This document shows positions 8,891 to 17,941 of a DNA stretch of 64,000 nt, piece after piece. Where the stretch lies: positions 96,001 through 160,000 of IMG/VR virus record IMGVR_UViG_3300032046_005540. The stretch is one strand, 5' to 3'. The notes under the pieces are model-generated. The model searched no databases, was not told the DNA's origin, and was given only the letters and a program-made list of their open reading frames with translations. Within the stretch, counting starts at the first letter, position 1; each line of letters begins with the position of its first letter. Source of the DNA: a virus. Position numbers and translations under genes: made by a program.

Positions 8891-9628
8891 TTATTCACTT
8901 TTTTTAGACTTTGGAAAGTTTACAAAAAATGGCATCGCAACATCAAAAGTAAGTCTTGGATCTTTAAAACTTTTAACTACTTCATAATAAGATTTCAAAG
9001 GCATTCCATTCCACTTTTTTTCATTCCACAACTTATTTAACTTTGTACCCTTTGCAGGCCTACAATACATTGCGTGAACTTGAATAATATTAGGAAGAGA
9101 CAAAGATTGTTCTAATGATTCTCTAAACTCCTTTATAGCAGTTTCATTATCTGTTACATAAGGTTTTGCTAATATATAAATAATATACTCAAAATTTCTA
9201 TTTTCACTAACTAACTTTTTTACATCTTCAAAATCAAAACCCTTTCCAATCTCTTTACTTCTATTAGGAAATACCGTCTCTAAACCAATACAAACTTCCA
9301 TTTCAATTTCAGGTTTTTCATTTGGAATAAATTCAGGTCTTGATTCTACTCTTAATTTTTTAACGCCATTTTCTTTTAAATACTTGATAACATCTCTCCA
9401 AGAAACTTGCATTTGTTCTAAATCAAAAAAGGATCCAGAATTAAAAATTCTAAAGTATTCAGGATACCCTCCATATGTTTCTTTACATGTTTTGAATTGG
9501 TCCCAAATATCTTCAGGAGTTGTTTCTGGATCCGTATCTTTTTTGAATCCACAGAAAATGCATCTACCCCATCTACAAGGCTTTACTCTTAAGCAAATTG
9601 TATTTTTATCCATCCAAACACATTTCAT
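8891..9628 (-). CDS. archaeosine biosynthesis radical SAM protein, RaSEA-like (TIGR01210-type)
   Basis: LRVKPCRWGRCIFCGF, IFNSGSFFD, VESRPEFI, EVCIGLET, IGKG, YILAKP correspond to RaSEA motifs (LRT.GC.W..C.MCGY, IFTSGSFLD, ESRPEF, IGLET, INKG, YLLLKP). Confidence 0.82.
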   Translation of the reverse strand: MKCVWMDKNTICLRVKPCRWGRCIFCGFKKDTDPETTPEDIWDQFKTCKETYGGYPEYFRIFNSGSFFDLEQMQVSWRDVIKYLKENGVKKLRVESRPEFIPNEKPEIEMEVCIGLETVFPNRSKEIGKGFDFEDVKKLVSENRNFEYIIYILAKPYVTDNETAIKEFRESLEQSLSLPNIIQVHAMYCRPAKGTKLNKLWNEKKWNGMPLKSYYEVVKSFKDPRLTFDVAMPFFVNFPKSKKSE

Positions 9629-9773
9629 TCATATCCTCCCTCTCTTCTAATCTCCTCAACTCAATATCTATCTCTTTAAGTTTTTTACTTTTTTTATCAA
9701 GTTCTTTTTCCAAATGAACAATTTGAAGTTCTAATTGACCTTTCTTTCTTTTCAAACAATTGTAGTCTTTCAT
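9606..9773 (-). CDS. small coiled-coil hypothetical protein (55 aa)
   Basis: Manual translation MKDYNCLKRKKGQLELQIVHLEKELDKK...; ATGA overlap with the arcS-like stop. Confidence 0.5.
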   Translation of the reverse strand: MKDYNCLKRKKGQLELQIVHLEKELDKKSKKLKEIDIELRRLEEREDMNEMCLDG

Positions 9774-10561
9774 ATTATCCCCTTTATTTTTTCAGCTTCG
9801 GTAGGAGTATCAATCCCACACAATTTAATAATTTCTAAAAATGGTTCATACCTATGAAAATTCCTATATTCGTCAAATTTATTAATTGAAAAATACTTTT
9901 TACATCTTAAATAAACTTGCCACAAATCCGGATACGAATTATTATATTTAAGAACAAACGGATGTTCCCAAAATTCTTCAGGAACTACTCCAATAGTAGT
10001 AATTACTACTTTATAATATTCGTCTAAATTTTCTATTTTCGCATATATCTCCTTATGAGTTTTTGAAGTGTTATAAGGTCTTTCAGCAGAACAAGACAAA
10101 AGTAAACATTTCTTTTTATCAGTTTTAAAACTACTCATTTGATCTAACAATTCACGAATATACAACCTATTATAAGAATGGAAACTTGATACCATTATCT
10201 TTTTATCTTCAGGTAAAATATCTTTAGTAACCCCTTTCAAATCAACTTGCATTAGAATATCAGAACAAATAGGAGTAAAAGAAGCAAACATTTCTATTAA
10301 ATCACGAAGACAACCTTTTTCTTTTGCCCTCTCTATCCAATTCAAAATTTCTTCAATAGAATAAATAGACCATAATCCATAATTAATATCTTTGTGAACA
10401 CTTTCTTTTTCAACCTCATGACCAAAATAAATCAAAAACGGAACTTGACTTAATGGTGCGTTCTTTACAAACCACTTCTCTTTCAACCCACGAGAAGCAA
10501 AAGATTTGAGTGCGGTTCCATTATAAACAAAAGGATATTTTTTAAAATCAACGGTTTTCAT
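9770..10561 (-). CDS. arcS: archaeosine synthase ArcS-like protein (TGT remnant + DUF5591, no PUA domain)
   Basis: LLLSCSAERPYNTSKTH matches ArcS LPCS..KPYS.S.SH; ITTIGVVPEE; KGCLRDLIE matches the G.LRELVE TGT remnant. Confidence 0.78.
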   Translation of the reverse strand: MKTVDFKKYPFVYNGTALKSFASRGLKEKWFVKNAPLSQVPFLIYFGHEVEKESVHKDINYGLWSIYSIEEILNWIERAKEKGCLRDLIEMFASFTPICSDILMQVDLKGVTKDILPEDKKIMVSSFHSYNRLYIRELLDQMSSFKTDKKKCLLLSCSAERPYNTSKTHKEIYAKIENLDEYYKVVITTIGVVPEEFWEHPFVLKYNNSYPDLWQVYLRCKKYFSINKFDEYRNFHRYEPFLEIIKLCGIDTPTEAEKIKGII

Positions 10562-10728
10562 ATTGCCTTAATAAAAGTTTTTATTGCTTTACAAATTTCA
10601 CAATGAGTAACAAAAGACTTTGCAGGTTTATTCTTTCTTTTAAATCCTAAAAATTTTCCTCTCCATTCCGCCACTATATCGATTTTTACATTACCACATT
10701 GCTCACATTTGTATGAAATAGCTTTCAT
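10558..10728 (-). CDS. small zinc-ribbon protein (56 aa)
   Basis: Manual translation MKAISYKCEQCGNV...HCEICKAIKTF; overlaps the arcS start (ATGA). Confidence 0.55.
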   Translation of the reverse strand: MKAISYKCEQCGNVKIDIVAEWRGKFLGFKRKNKPAKSFVTHCEICKAIKTFIKAI

Positions 10729-10729
10729 T

Positions 10730-11044
10730 TTATTTACCTCCTAAATTTTCAAATTCCTCGCAAGCTTTTTTAAAAACTTCTTTTTTTGTTTTTCTATTAT
10801 AAATAAAACTTTTACTGCCTAAACATTCTTCTACTTCATTCTCTTCGATTTTTTTAAATATTATAAATTCAGGTTCATAATATTTTGAATCTCCTCTACC
10901 ACACCAAGCAGTTTTTCCACCTACCTTACATAACATACCAATTTCTGTTTCTTTTATAATTTCTACATTCGCTCCGAAATCTACCCCAGGCACTTCTATA
11001 CAATTTTTTCCTTTTTCGTTAGTATATCTTTTTATAGTAGCCAT
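10730..11044 (-). CDS. hypothetical protein
   Basis: 104-aa ORF, RBS AGGAG. Confidence 0.55.
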   Translation of the reverse strand: MATIKRYTNEKGKNCIEVPGVDFGANVEIIKETEIGMLCKVGGKTAWCGRGDSKYYEPEFIIFKKIEENEVEECLGSKSFIYNRKTKKEVFKKACEEFENLGGK

Positions 11045-11787
11045 TATTTTTCTCCTAACAATTCTTTTTTAATATCTTTTAAAATCTCAGGACGAAAACT
11101 TTCACCAACTAAAGGAACATTGATCAATCTCTCTGAAAAAATTTCATAAATAGTTTTACCAAAGCCTTCTAAAACTTTTGAAGGTTCCTTATTAGAAGTT
11201 ACAATAAATGGTTTTCCCGAATAATACCTTTTCTTAAACAACTCATCTAACAAAGTATCAATCAATTCTGTTTTATATTTTTTGTCTATTTCATCTACGA
11301 GTAAAAAATCCACATCTTCTATAATATAGAAAAGAAATTCTTTTGTTCTCATATCTCTTAATGCGGTATGAGCTAAATTTATCAATTCCGAAAGAAGAAT
11401 AAAATGAGCTTTATATTTTTGAGTCAAAGCCTTTTTCAAAATTGAACATCCAATAAAACTTTTACCAACACCATAAGAACCATGAATAAACAAACCAGAA
11501 CCTGTTTCGACAACTTTAGATAAATTTTCCGAATACTTACCAATAATTTCTAATGAACCGCTATTTTTATCTAAAAATGGTGAAGTAAAGTATTTAAAAT
11601 CAAGTTCCAAATCCCAATAACTTCTAGGAATATTTGCATTAAGCATATCTACATAACGCCGAAACTCATCAATACAACTACACAATTTAAAACCTTCAGG
11701 AGTTAAATAACGACCTTTACCTTCACATTTAGAACAATTGTCTAAAATCTTTATTTTTAATTTTTCTACATCTTGAACGGAATACAT
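11044..11787 (-). CDS. DnaC/IstB-like AAA+ helicase loader
   Basis: N-terminal CxxC.G.G...C.C, Walker A GSYGVGKS, Walker B FLLVDEI, IVTSN, GESFR. Confidence 0.88.
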   Translation of the reverse strand: MYSVQDVEKLKIKILDNCSKCEGKGRYLTPEGFKLCSCIDEFRRYVDMLNANIPRSYWDLELDFKYFTSPFLDKNSGSLEIIGKYSENLSKVVETGSGLFIHGSYGVGKSFIGCSILKKALTQKYKAHFILLSELINLAHTALRDMRTKEFLFYIIEDVDFLLVDEIDKKYKTELIDTLLDELFKKRYYSGKPFIVTSNKEPSKVLEGFGKTIYEIFSERLINVPLVGESFRPEILKDIKKELLGEK

Positions 11788-11816
11788 TTATTCCTCTTTA
11801 CTTTTATCAAAACAGA

Positions 11817-11972
11817 TTAATTACCTTCTTTAATTCCCAGTTCCTTCCATTCTCTTTTTTTCAATATATCACAAGCTTCACCTAAACATAAGTTAAATTT
11901 TTCACATATTTGACATATATCCAACCCTTCTTTGAATGCTTTATAAACTTGATCTTCTAATGTCTGTTCCAT
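11817..11972 (-). CDS. small HTH-like hypothetical protein
   Basis: MEQTLEDQVYKAFKEGLDICQICEKFNL; RBS GGAG before ATG 11972. Confidence 0.45.
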   Translation of the reverse strand: MEQTLEDQVYKAFKEGLDICQICEKFNLCLGEACDILKKREWKELGIKEGN

Positions 11973-11983
11973 TTTTATCTCCT

Positions 11984-12526
11984 TTATCTTATAATAACCT
12001 TTGTTCCAACCATTACATTTCTCCATACTATTTCTAAATCTATATCCTCTAATCTAATACAACCATGCGAAACTCTTCCCTGAACTCTTGCTCCTCTAAT
12101 ACCATGAATTCCCACTTCACCTCCTAAATCTAACTTATACTTTCCTAAATGATTCCTTATAATTCTACTTGGATCATTAGGTGGAGGAATTGGTTTTCCT
12201 TCTTCTATAAATGCCCAATCTGGTTTTCTCCAAATTGGATTTCGAATTTTAGCTACAACCTTTCTTTCTCCCGAAGGAGTTCCAAATTTCCAAACTTTGT
12301 TTCCATATTTAAGAATTTTCCCTGTTCCTATTCCACATTTAGCTTTCCAAATTGTATCAGCATCTATTATCAAATATAAAGTCTGAGAGGTCTTATCAAT
12401 TAATATATAAGTTTTAGTTGAGTCTATTGTTCGGTCATGGTAATCTACTATTCCAACTCCATAACTTTTTTGGAAGCTAAAAAGTAAACTAAAAATAATA
12501 AGACTTAAAAAAATAGTTTTAGACAT
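11984..12526 (-). CDS. L,D-transpeptidase (YkuD family) with signal peptide
   Basis: ILIDKTSQTLYL, GTPSG, NPIW..PDW, catalytic GIHG...SHGCIRL; hydrophobic N-terminus. Confidence 0.9.
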   Translation of the reverse strand: MSKTIFLSLIIFSLLFSFQKSYGVGIVDYHDRTIDSTKTYILIDKTSQTLYLIIDADTIWKAKCGIGTGKILKYGNKVWKFGTPSGERKVVAKIRNPIWRKPDWAFIEEGKPIPPPNDPSRIIRNHLGKYKLDLGGEVGIHGIRGARVQGRVSHGCIRLEDIDLEIVWRNVMVGTKVIIR

Positions 12527-12537
12527 AATTCATCTAT

Positions 12538-12645
12538 TCAAGAAAATAACCAATCTATAAATTTACTAACAAACCACCAAATACCAAAAACCATTAATAT
12601 ACCTATAATAGGAATAAACAAAAGTAATACACCTTTAAATATCAT
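12538..12645 (-). CDS. small membrane protein (35 aa)
   Basis: MIFKGVLLLFIPIIGILMVFGIWWFVSKFIDWLFS. Confidence 0.4.
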   Translation of the reverse strand: MIFKGVLLLFIPIIGILMVFGIWWFVSKFIDWLFS

Positions 12646-12796
12646 ATACTTTTCCTTTTCGTTGTTTTCTTCTTATCAAAAAATACACTAACAAAAATAC
12701 AATAACAACAGGATTTTGAATACATAACCAAAGAGTAGCTACACAAAGTATAATTGTTAAAAAGATATGTAAAAATTTTAAAAATATATTAATCAT
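12635..12796 (-). CDS. small membrane protein (53 aa)
   Basis: MINIFLKFLHIFLTIILCVATLWLCIQNPVVIVFLLVYFLIRRKQRK... Confidence 0.45.
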   Translation of the reverse strand: MINIFLKFLHIFLTIILCVATLWLCIQNPVVIVFLLVYFLIRRKQRKGKVYDI

Positions 12797-12996
12797 TACT
12801 TTTCTTCTTTTTTCTTAAGACGAACAAATTTCATTCCTTGGTTTTCATAAACTTCAGCAGAACCTTCCAACAACAATATTGGTAATTCATTAAGATCCAC
12901 AAATCCGTTTGAATATCTTCCATCAATCCAACGGATATCTTCTTTTTCTAAAATCTTCAAAATGTTCTTTTTTGTCATTAGTTCTCCTTTTACCAA
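12796..12996 (-). CDS. hypothetical protein
   Basis: Short ORF in operon context. Confidence 0.45.
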   Translation of the reverse strand: MVKGELMTKKNILKILEKEDIRWIDGRYSNGFVDLNELPILLLEGSAEVYENQGMKFVRLKKKEEK

Positions 12997-13220
12997 TTAA
13001 TGAAGTCATCTTTCTCTTTTGCAACCTCTTCGTTAAGAGAGTCTAAAGATATCTTTATACAATCTTTAAAACCATAAGCATACATTTTATCGTCTACAAC
13101 TTCTCCCTTTTCGTCAAAAGCGAAGAATGAACCTACAAAACAAACTTCTCCTTTGTATTTCTCTATAAAATCTTCAATTGCTTTTTCTATTGCTTGAAAG
13201 TTATTTTTTGCTTTTTTCAT
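12990..13220 (-). CDS. hypothetical protein
   Basis: 76-aa ORF, GGAGG RBS. Confidence 0.55.
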   Translation of the reverse strand: MKKAKNNFQAIEKAIEDFIEKYKGEVCFVGSFFAFDEKGEVVDDKMYAYGFKDCIKISLDSLNEEVAKEKDDFINW

Positions 13221-13773
13221 TTTTATTCACCTCCTCTTTTCCTAAAGATTTTTTCAACTTCTCTTTTAACTCTTCTCCAGATAATTGACTCTTCGGTAAA
13301 TTTTCAATTTTAGTATCCTCTATCCTATTATACACCCTTTCACTTCGCTTGGAGACAAAATTTTTATAATTTTTTAGTTGATCGTCACTTGTTATCAATC
13401 CCATCTTAATTTTGTAATTCTCGTTTGCAGTTTCAAATAAAAAATCAATAAAGTCCTTAAATTGTTCTTTGGATAAATTTTTGTTCCTTTTCCAAAAGTT
13501 AGTAATTTTGAACGCCTCCAACCTAAAGGAAGCTGAAGATTCCATAACATATGTTTCTCCATAAGCTTCTTTATACTTCTTTAGAAAATAACGGATAAAG
13601 TGTTGACAATTCCATTCTTCCACATGAATATTCAAATCCATATCTTTGTGGTTCTTTGTGGAAAACACTTTAGGTTCTTCAAAGTCAAGCTGGTTCTTTA
13701 GGCGTTTAAGCTCCTTTTGCTGCTTTTCTAAAGTATGTAGTAGTAGGTTATATTCGATAGGGTCAATTTGCAT
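13201..13773 (-). CDS. hypothetical helical protein (possibly replication-associated)
   Basis: 190-aa ORF containing WNCQHFIRYF...Y...YG. Confidence 0.55.
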   Translation of the reverse strand: MQIDPIEYNLLLHTLEKQQKELKRLKNQLDFEEPKVFSTKNHKDMDLNIHVEEWNCQHFIRYFLKKYKEAYGETYVMESSASFRLEAFKITNFWKRNKNLSKEQFKDFIDFLFETANENYKIKMGLITSDDQLKNYKNFVSKRSERVYNRIEDTKIENLPKSQLSGEELKEKLKKSLGKEEVNKNEKSKK

Positions 13774-13793
13774 TTAAGTTTCTTATTCCACTT

Positions 13794-14114
13794 TTAATTT
13801 TGAAGATATTTATCTATTACCTTTTTAAACTCTTCGTTCATTAAAACATTATTTTTTTCAAGTAACTTTTCCGCTAACTCTTTAAAAATATCTAAAGGTA
13901 ATCCCGTCCCTAAAAGCCCTTTTTTAAAAGGAACACTTTGTCCTTTTGCGTCTTTTACATTTTTCCAATCTAATACACTATATTTTAAAAAAGTCAAAAT
14001 TCGATTTATAGGGGAACCTTTTAATTTAAGCCAATTTATACCAGCTACAGGAGTAAGTTTTTGACAAATAAAAGTTGCACCCTCAATTTCAATAGTAAAT
14101 TTTTCATTAATCAT
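13794..14114 (-). CDS. hypothetical protein, tail-assembly-chaperone-like
   Basis: LKYSVLDWKNVKDAKGQSVPF resembles the W.GV.D..G..VPF motif of tail chaperones. Confidence 0.4.
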   Translation of the reverse strand: MINEKFTIEIEGATFICQKLTPVAGINWLKLKGSPINRILTFLKYSVLDWKNVKDAKGQSVPFKKGLLGTGLPLDIFKELAEKLLEKNNVLMNEEFKKVIDKYLQN

Positions 14115-14170
14115 AAAATTATATTCTCCTTTCTATTCTATAAATAGTTATGAATAATCCCCTTTATTTA

Positions 14171-14614
14171 TTATTTAATGATCTCTCGGTCTTCGGCAAC
14201 CCAATCTAACCAACTAACTCCTGTATGGGGGTTATTTCCAGCATCAACCAAAAAATGTTTGAAATATTTCTTCTCTGGATAGTTAAGGTTTGTTTGATTT
14301 AAGAATGCTTCTTTTGAATCAAATATCTCTATAAAAACCCATCCGTTACTCTCTGCCATATAGTTAGTTTTAAGATAAGAGGCAAGCGTTAGAACTTCTT
14401 CTTTAGTAGCTTTTTCAGATACTAAAATTACTTTTCGTGATCCAAGTCCATAGTCCCTAAATACTTCATATTTAATGAGAAGTTGTTCTACTTTTTCTTG
14501 CAATTGATATTGCCCAGATGGCAAGTTGTTATTTTTAGGATCATTTCCACAAGAAAGACTGAAAAGAAATATTCCTAACAAAAAAATACCCAAAACTTCT
14601 TCTATCCATTTCAT
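14171..14614 (-). CDS. putative lipoprotein
   Basis: MKWIEEVLGIFLLGIFLFSLS-C lipobox; GGAGG RBS before ATG 14614. Confidence 0.65.
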   Translation of the reverse strand: MKWIEEVLGIFLLGIFLFSLSCGNDPKNNNLPSGQYQLQEKVEQLLIKYEVFRDYGLGSRKVILVSEKATKEEVLTLASYLKTNYMAESNGWVFIEIFDSKEAFLNQTNLNYPEKKYFKHFLVDAGNNPHTGVSWLDWVAEDREIIK

Positions 14615-14640
14615 AACTTTTCCTCCTTTTTTTAATGCTT

Positions 14641-15348
14641 TTACATCCTTCCAATAGGTAGAACACAACCAATACCTATACCTACATCCCAATTACCATG
14701 ATTTTTAGAATACATATCATAACCAAAATTCAAATTTAAAGGGCCCATTCCAACAATACATCCAAAAGATATTCCTAATTTATTATTAGACTTCATTGAT
14801 TCTTCATCTGGATTATCTTTAAGAAGATAGTCATTTTGCCAAACCCTAAATGTATCATCATGATATTTTCGATAATTTGTCCAACCATACCATCTTAAAG
14901 CCACATACGGGATTACTATATTACCCCCATATTTTTTAAAAATTTCTGGAGTATAGTTATCTCCCAATAAAATAGAATGAGATACACCTATACCTACAGA
15001 ACGAGATTCTTTTTGAATTCCCATGAATTTACTTTTATAAAAATGTTCCACTCTATCTATAGAAAAATTATAAACTTTATTCTGATCAACAAATTTACTA
15101 ACTTTCCCATCAAAATATAAACCCCACTCATGAGGTCCTGTAACTACAAAATAAAATCCTAAAGGTTGCTCTGGAAATCCTCCCACATAACCTACACCTA
15201 TATAACTTGGGGTACTTTCCAACTCTGCTCCATGAGATTTTGAAACTCCTAACAAACATACACATCCTGCACATACACAGAATAACAAGAAAATCAATGC
15301 TAATACTACTCCTATTGTTGCTCCAAATCCTTTTCTTACACTACCCAT
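14641..15348 (-). CDS. secreted / outer-membrane beta-barrel-like protein
   Basis: Hydrophobic N-terminus; alternating G/aromatic strands (GVGY, LGFYF, WGLYFD, VGIGVS, LNFGYD, VGIGIG). Confidence 0.55.
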   Translation of the reverse strand: MGSVRKGFGATIGVVLALIFLLFCVCAGCVCLLGVSKSHGAELESTPSYIGVGYVGGFPEQPLGFYFVVTGPHEWGLYFDGKVSKFVDQNKVYNFSIDRVEHFYKSKFMGIQKESRSVGIGVSHSILLGDNYTPEIFKKYGGNIVIPYVALRWYGWTNYRKYHDDTFRVWQNDYLLKDNPDEESMKSNNKLGISFGCIVGMGPLNLNFGYDMYSKNHGNWDVGIGIGCVLPIGRM

Positions 15349-15371
15349 GACTTACCTCCTTATTTAATGTT

Positions 15372-15405
15372 AATATATTATACACAAAATCATAGGAGGG
15401 AGTGC
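15372..15405 (-). promoter_or_regulatory. sigma70-type promoter, conserved ATTTTGTGTATAAT motif
   Basis: Perfect TATAAT inside a motif found 4 times in the window, upstream of an RBS and ORF. Confidence 0.7.
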
Positions 15406-15429
15406 TATTTATTTACTTTTTTAAAGTCT

Positions 15430-15954
15430 CTATAATACAATTTTTAATACTTTCTTCTCCTTTAAATCTAATTCATTCTCCAATCTACTATTCAAATGTC
15501 TTTTCATATCAAAACATCCTTTTGCCCCTTTAAACCAAAACTCAAATCTGTCTTCATGCAATTCTGCTTTTTTCAAAATTCTTTTTGTATTATGATAAGG
15601 AGCCAAAACAACAACCCGATTATATTTTGAAAAATCAGGGTGACTTTGTTTTATTTTTTCACTCATTTCATTCATAGTTTTCTTATTAAATTCATCAATT
15701 CGTTGCCTTTCTTCTTTAGATATATCTCTCATATATCGGGGGTATTCTTGCCAAGTATCATTGTATGGTTCAATTAAAGTATCAGGATTTAAAAACCCAT
15801 ATTTAGAAGATAAAATTACAATATCTGCTTTCAATTGTTCTGCGATACTTTTACATAATCTAAATTGAGGAGATATAGAATAACATTCTATCGCTTTTGT
15901 GGGTGCTTTTGTTTTACTTTTAGAACAACCAATAATACATAAAATTTTATTCAT
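15430..15954 (-). CDS. DUF6884 family protein (YaaA/DUF5591-like fold)
   Basis: IIGCSKSK...A..CY..S..F, ILSSKYGFL.P...IEPYND. Confidence 0.75.
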   Translation of the reverse strand: MNKILCIIGCSKSKTKAPTKAIECYSISPQFRLCKSIAEQLKADIVILSSKYGFLNPDTLIEPYNDTWQEYPRYMRDISKEERQRIDEFNKKTMNEMSEKIKQSHPDFSKYNRVVVLAPYHNTKRILKKAELHEDRFEFWFKGAKGCFDMKRHLNSRLENELDLKEKKVLKIVL

Positions 15955-15961
15955 TTCTAAC

Positions 15962-16342
15962 CTAACCTCTATTAAGTGGGGGGTGTGTAAAATGATCTCC
16001 TTCGAATTTTTTCAACAACATATTTTCTAAATCTCTCGCTTCTTTTTTAGTATCAACAGAAATAATTAAAACATACTTTTTCCCTTTTACTCGTAAAAAT
16101 CTATTTATTCTTTTATTTGTTTCTTGAGATGGTCCAGGATTATAATATCCACTCCACCTTATTCTTACATCATCGTCTGCTTTTCCAAGATATAAAATAT
16201 CCGATCCTCCCACTGGATGATTAAGAACTTTATCCCAAAAAATAACATAAACCGCAGGGCATTTAGGAAATGTTCCAATGTTTTCCCTAGTAAGAAGAAA
16301 ACATTTACACTCATACATTTCCTGTAACTCTTTGCTGTTCAT
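15962..16342 (-). CDS. GIY-YIG nuclease family protein
   Basis: PAVYVI...ILYLGKA..VRIRW..Y, LE..LL, PPLN. Confidence 0.75.
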   Translation of the reverse strand: MNSKELQEMYECKCFLLTRENIGTFPKCPAVYVIFWDKVLNHPVGGSDILYLGKADDDVRIRWSGYYNPGPSQETNKRINRFLRVKGKKYVLIISVDTKKEARDLENMLLKKFEGDHFTHPPLNRG

Positions 16343-16372
16343 AATCTCCTCCTTTGTTTTTGTTCTTTAATC

Positions 16373-16402
16373 TATTATACACAAAATACAGGAGATAGAT
16401 GC
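16373..16402 (-). promoter_or_regulatory. sigma70-type promoter, ATTTTGTGTATAAT motif
   Basis: Same motif as at 15376, 59487 and 59871; upstream of the GIY-YIG gene. Confidence 0.7.
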
Positions 16403-16454
16403 CCCCTATTATAATAAAATACAATAAAATCCACTAAATTTAACACTTTTATTA

Positions 16455-17936
16455 TCAACGTTTTACCTCTTTTATTACCACCCTAAACAATGCCTCTGAT
16501 TTATAAAGTCTTTTCCGCTTATTACTATGAGTCTTTAAATACTTATAAGGATCAAGAAAGTCAACCACTATCGCTGAAGTCTTTTCTTCAGTTTCTGTTT
16601 TGTAAGGTGTTAAACACCTAAGACGCTGAAATACTTTGATAGCAGACTTCCCTCCAGCAGCAATTACTACAACATCTAAATTTTGAACGTCAATCCCCTC
16701 ATCGCCTAAAGTTGTAATCAAACATAACAACCTTTTATCTTTTAAATCCTGAAATGTTTTTATTCTAAAATCAGTTTCGTCATTACCTTGTAAAAATATA
16801 GAGCTAGGAATTAACTCTTGAAGAATTTCTCCATGCTTTATTTTACTAACTAATACCATTGAAGACTTTCCTCTTTCCATCAAATTCTTTACCACTCTAC
16901 TTATAATGTTATTACGAAGGGTATTCTCCACAATACATTCTTTATAAATCGTCGTATAAGCCTTACTTGAAGGTCCAATGTTTTTAGGAAGTTTAATTAA
17001 ATGTATAGTAGGAGCAACTAAAAACCCACCTTTGATCAAGTCAGAATAACTAATTTCATATATCAAAGGACCAACTAAACCTTCAATATATAAATCAGTA
17101 TTATCCTCTCTAAATAAAGTTCCACTTCCACCGATTATATATTCTGCTTCTTTAATTTGGGTTAAAACAAATCTGTAACTTGCTGCCGAACAATGATGTG
17201 ACTCGTCCACCCAAACAAATTTCATCTCCTTAATTAACTTTTTTACATTTTCTTTTTCAGCAACTTTTGTAAGAGAAACCTCTTTCTTTTCTTTAGGTTC
17301 TAATGTATACTTTTTATCATAAGCAGAAATTGCAGATTGAATTGTTATAATCGTAACTCCGTCAAATTTAATATCACATTGACCATCTCCAACTATTCCT
17401 ACAGGAACTTGAGGCAGAAACTTTTGAAACTTTTCTTTCGTTTGATATGCAATATCAATACTTTGACAAAAAATAACAAAAGGAAAGATATTCAATCGGG
17501 CACAAACCATAGTCATTAATACCGTCTTTCCACTTCTAATCCTTGCCCAAATTCTTCCTCTTTTATGTTTTAGGATAGCTTCAACTGCATCCTTTTGATA
17601 AGGCCTTTCTTCAACACCTACTAACTCAAGAAGCTCTCCTTTTGTATAAATAGGTCTAAAATCTTCTATTTCATATGGAATAGAACTAGATTTTAAAACT
17701 TCTAAAACAATTGGTAGATGACCAGTTAAAAACTTACCAGAAGCTTTTGAAAACAAATGTTGTTGCCCATCCCATTGTTCTCGAACATATTTATTTTTTG
17801 AGGTAGCTTTTATAAAGAAACTATGTTGCACTTCATAAGCAAGTAAATTGTAGAGATCTTCAAAAATTTCTTTGGAAGGACTGAGAGGAATAAGTTGGGA
17901 ATACACTACACCTATCTTTACTTTGTAATTTTCCAT
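16455..17936 (-). CDS. superfamily 2 DEAD/DEAH-box helicase (UvsW-like)
   Basis: RPYQ, RSGKT, VDESHH, SGT..R.D, EGIDV, QRLR.L. Confidence 0.88.
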   Translation of the reverse strand: MENYKVKIGVVYSQLIPLSPSKEIFEDLYNLLAYEVQHSFFIKATSKNKYVREQWDGQQHLFSKASGKFLTGHLPIVLEVLKSSSIPYEIEDFRPIYTKGELLELVGVEERPYQKDAVEAILKHKRGRIWARIRSGKTVLMTMVCARLNIFPFVIFCQSIDIAYQTKEKFQKFLPQVPVGIVGDGQCDIKFDGVTIITIQSAISAYDKKYTLEPKEKKEVSLTKVAEKENVKKLIKEMKFVWVDESHHCSAASYRFVLTQIKEAEYIIGGSGTLFREDNTDLYIEGLVGPLIYEISYSDLIKGGFLVAPTIHLIKLPKNIGPSSKAYTTIYKECIVENTLRNNIISRVVKNLMERGKSSMVLVSKIKHGEILQELIPSSIFLQGNDETDFRIKTFQDLKDKRLLCLITTLGDEGIDVQNLDVVVIAAGGKSAIKVFQRLRCLTPYKTETEEKTSAIVVDFLDPYKYLKTHSNKRKRLYKSEALFRVVIKEVKR

Positions 17937-17941
17937 TTTAC

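Noticed and set aside
8891-10561. Archaeal virus assignment based on ArcS/RaSEA/DUF366
   Set aside because: Sigma factor, DnaB/DnaC, CHC2 primase domain, L,D-transpeptidase, lipoprotein and TATAAT promoters point to a bacterial host.
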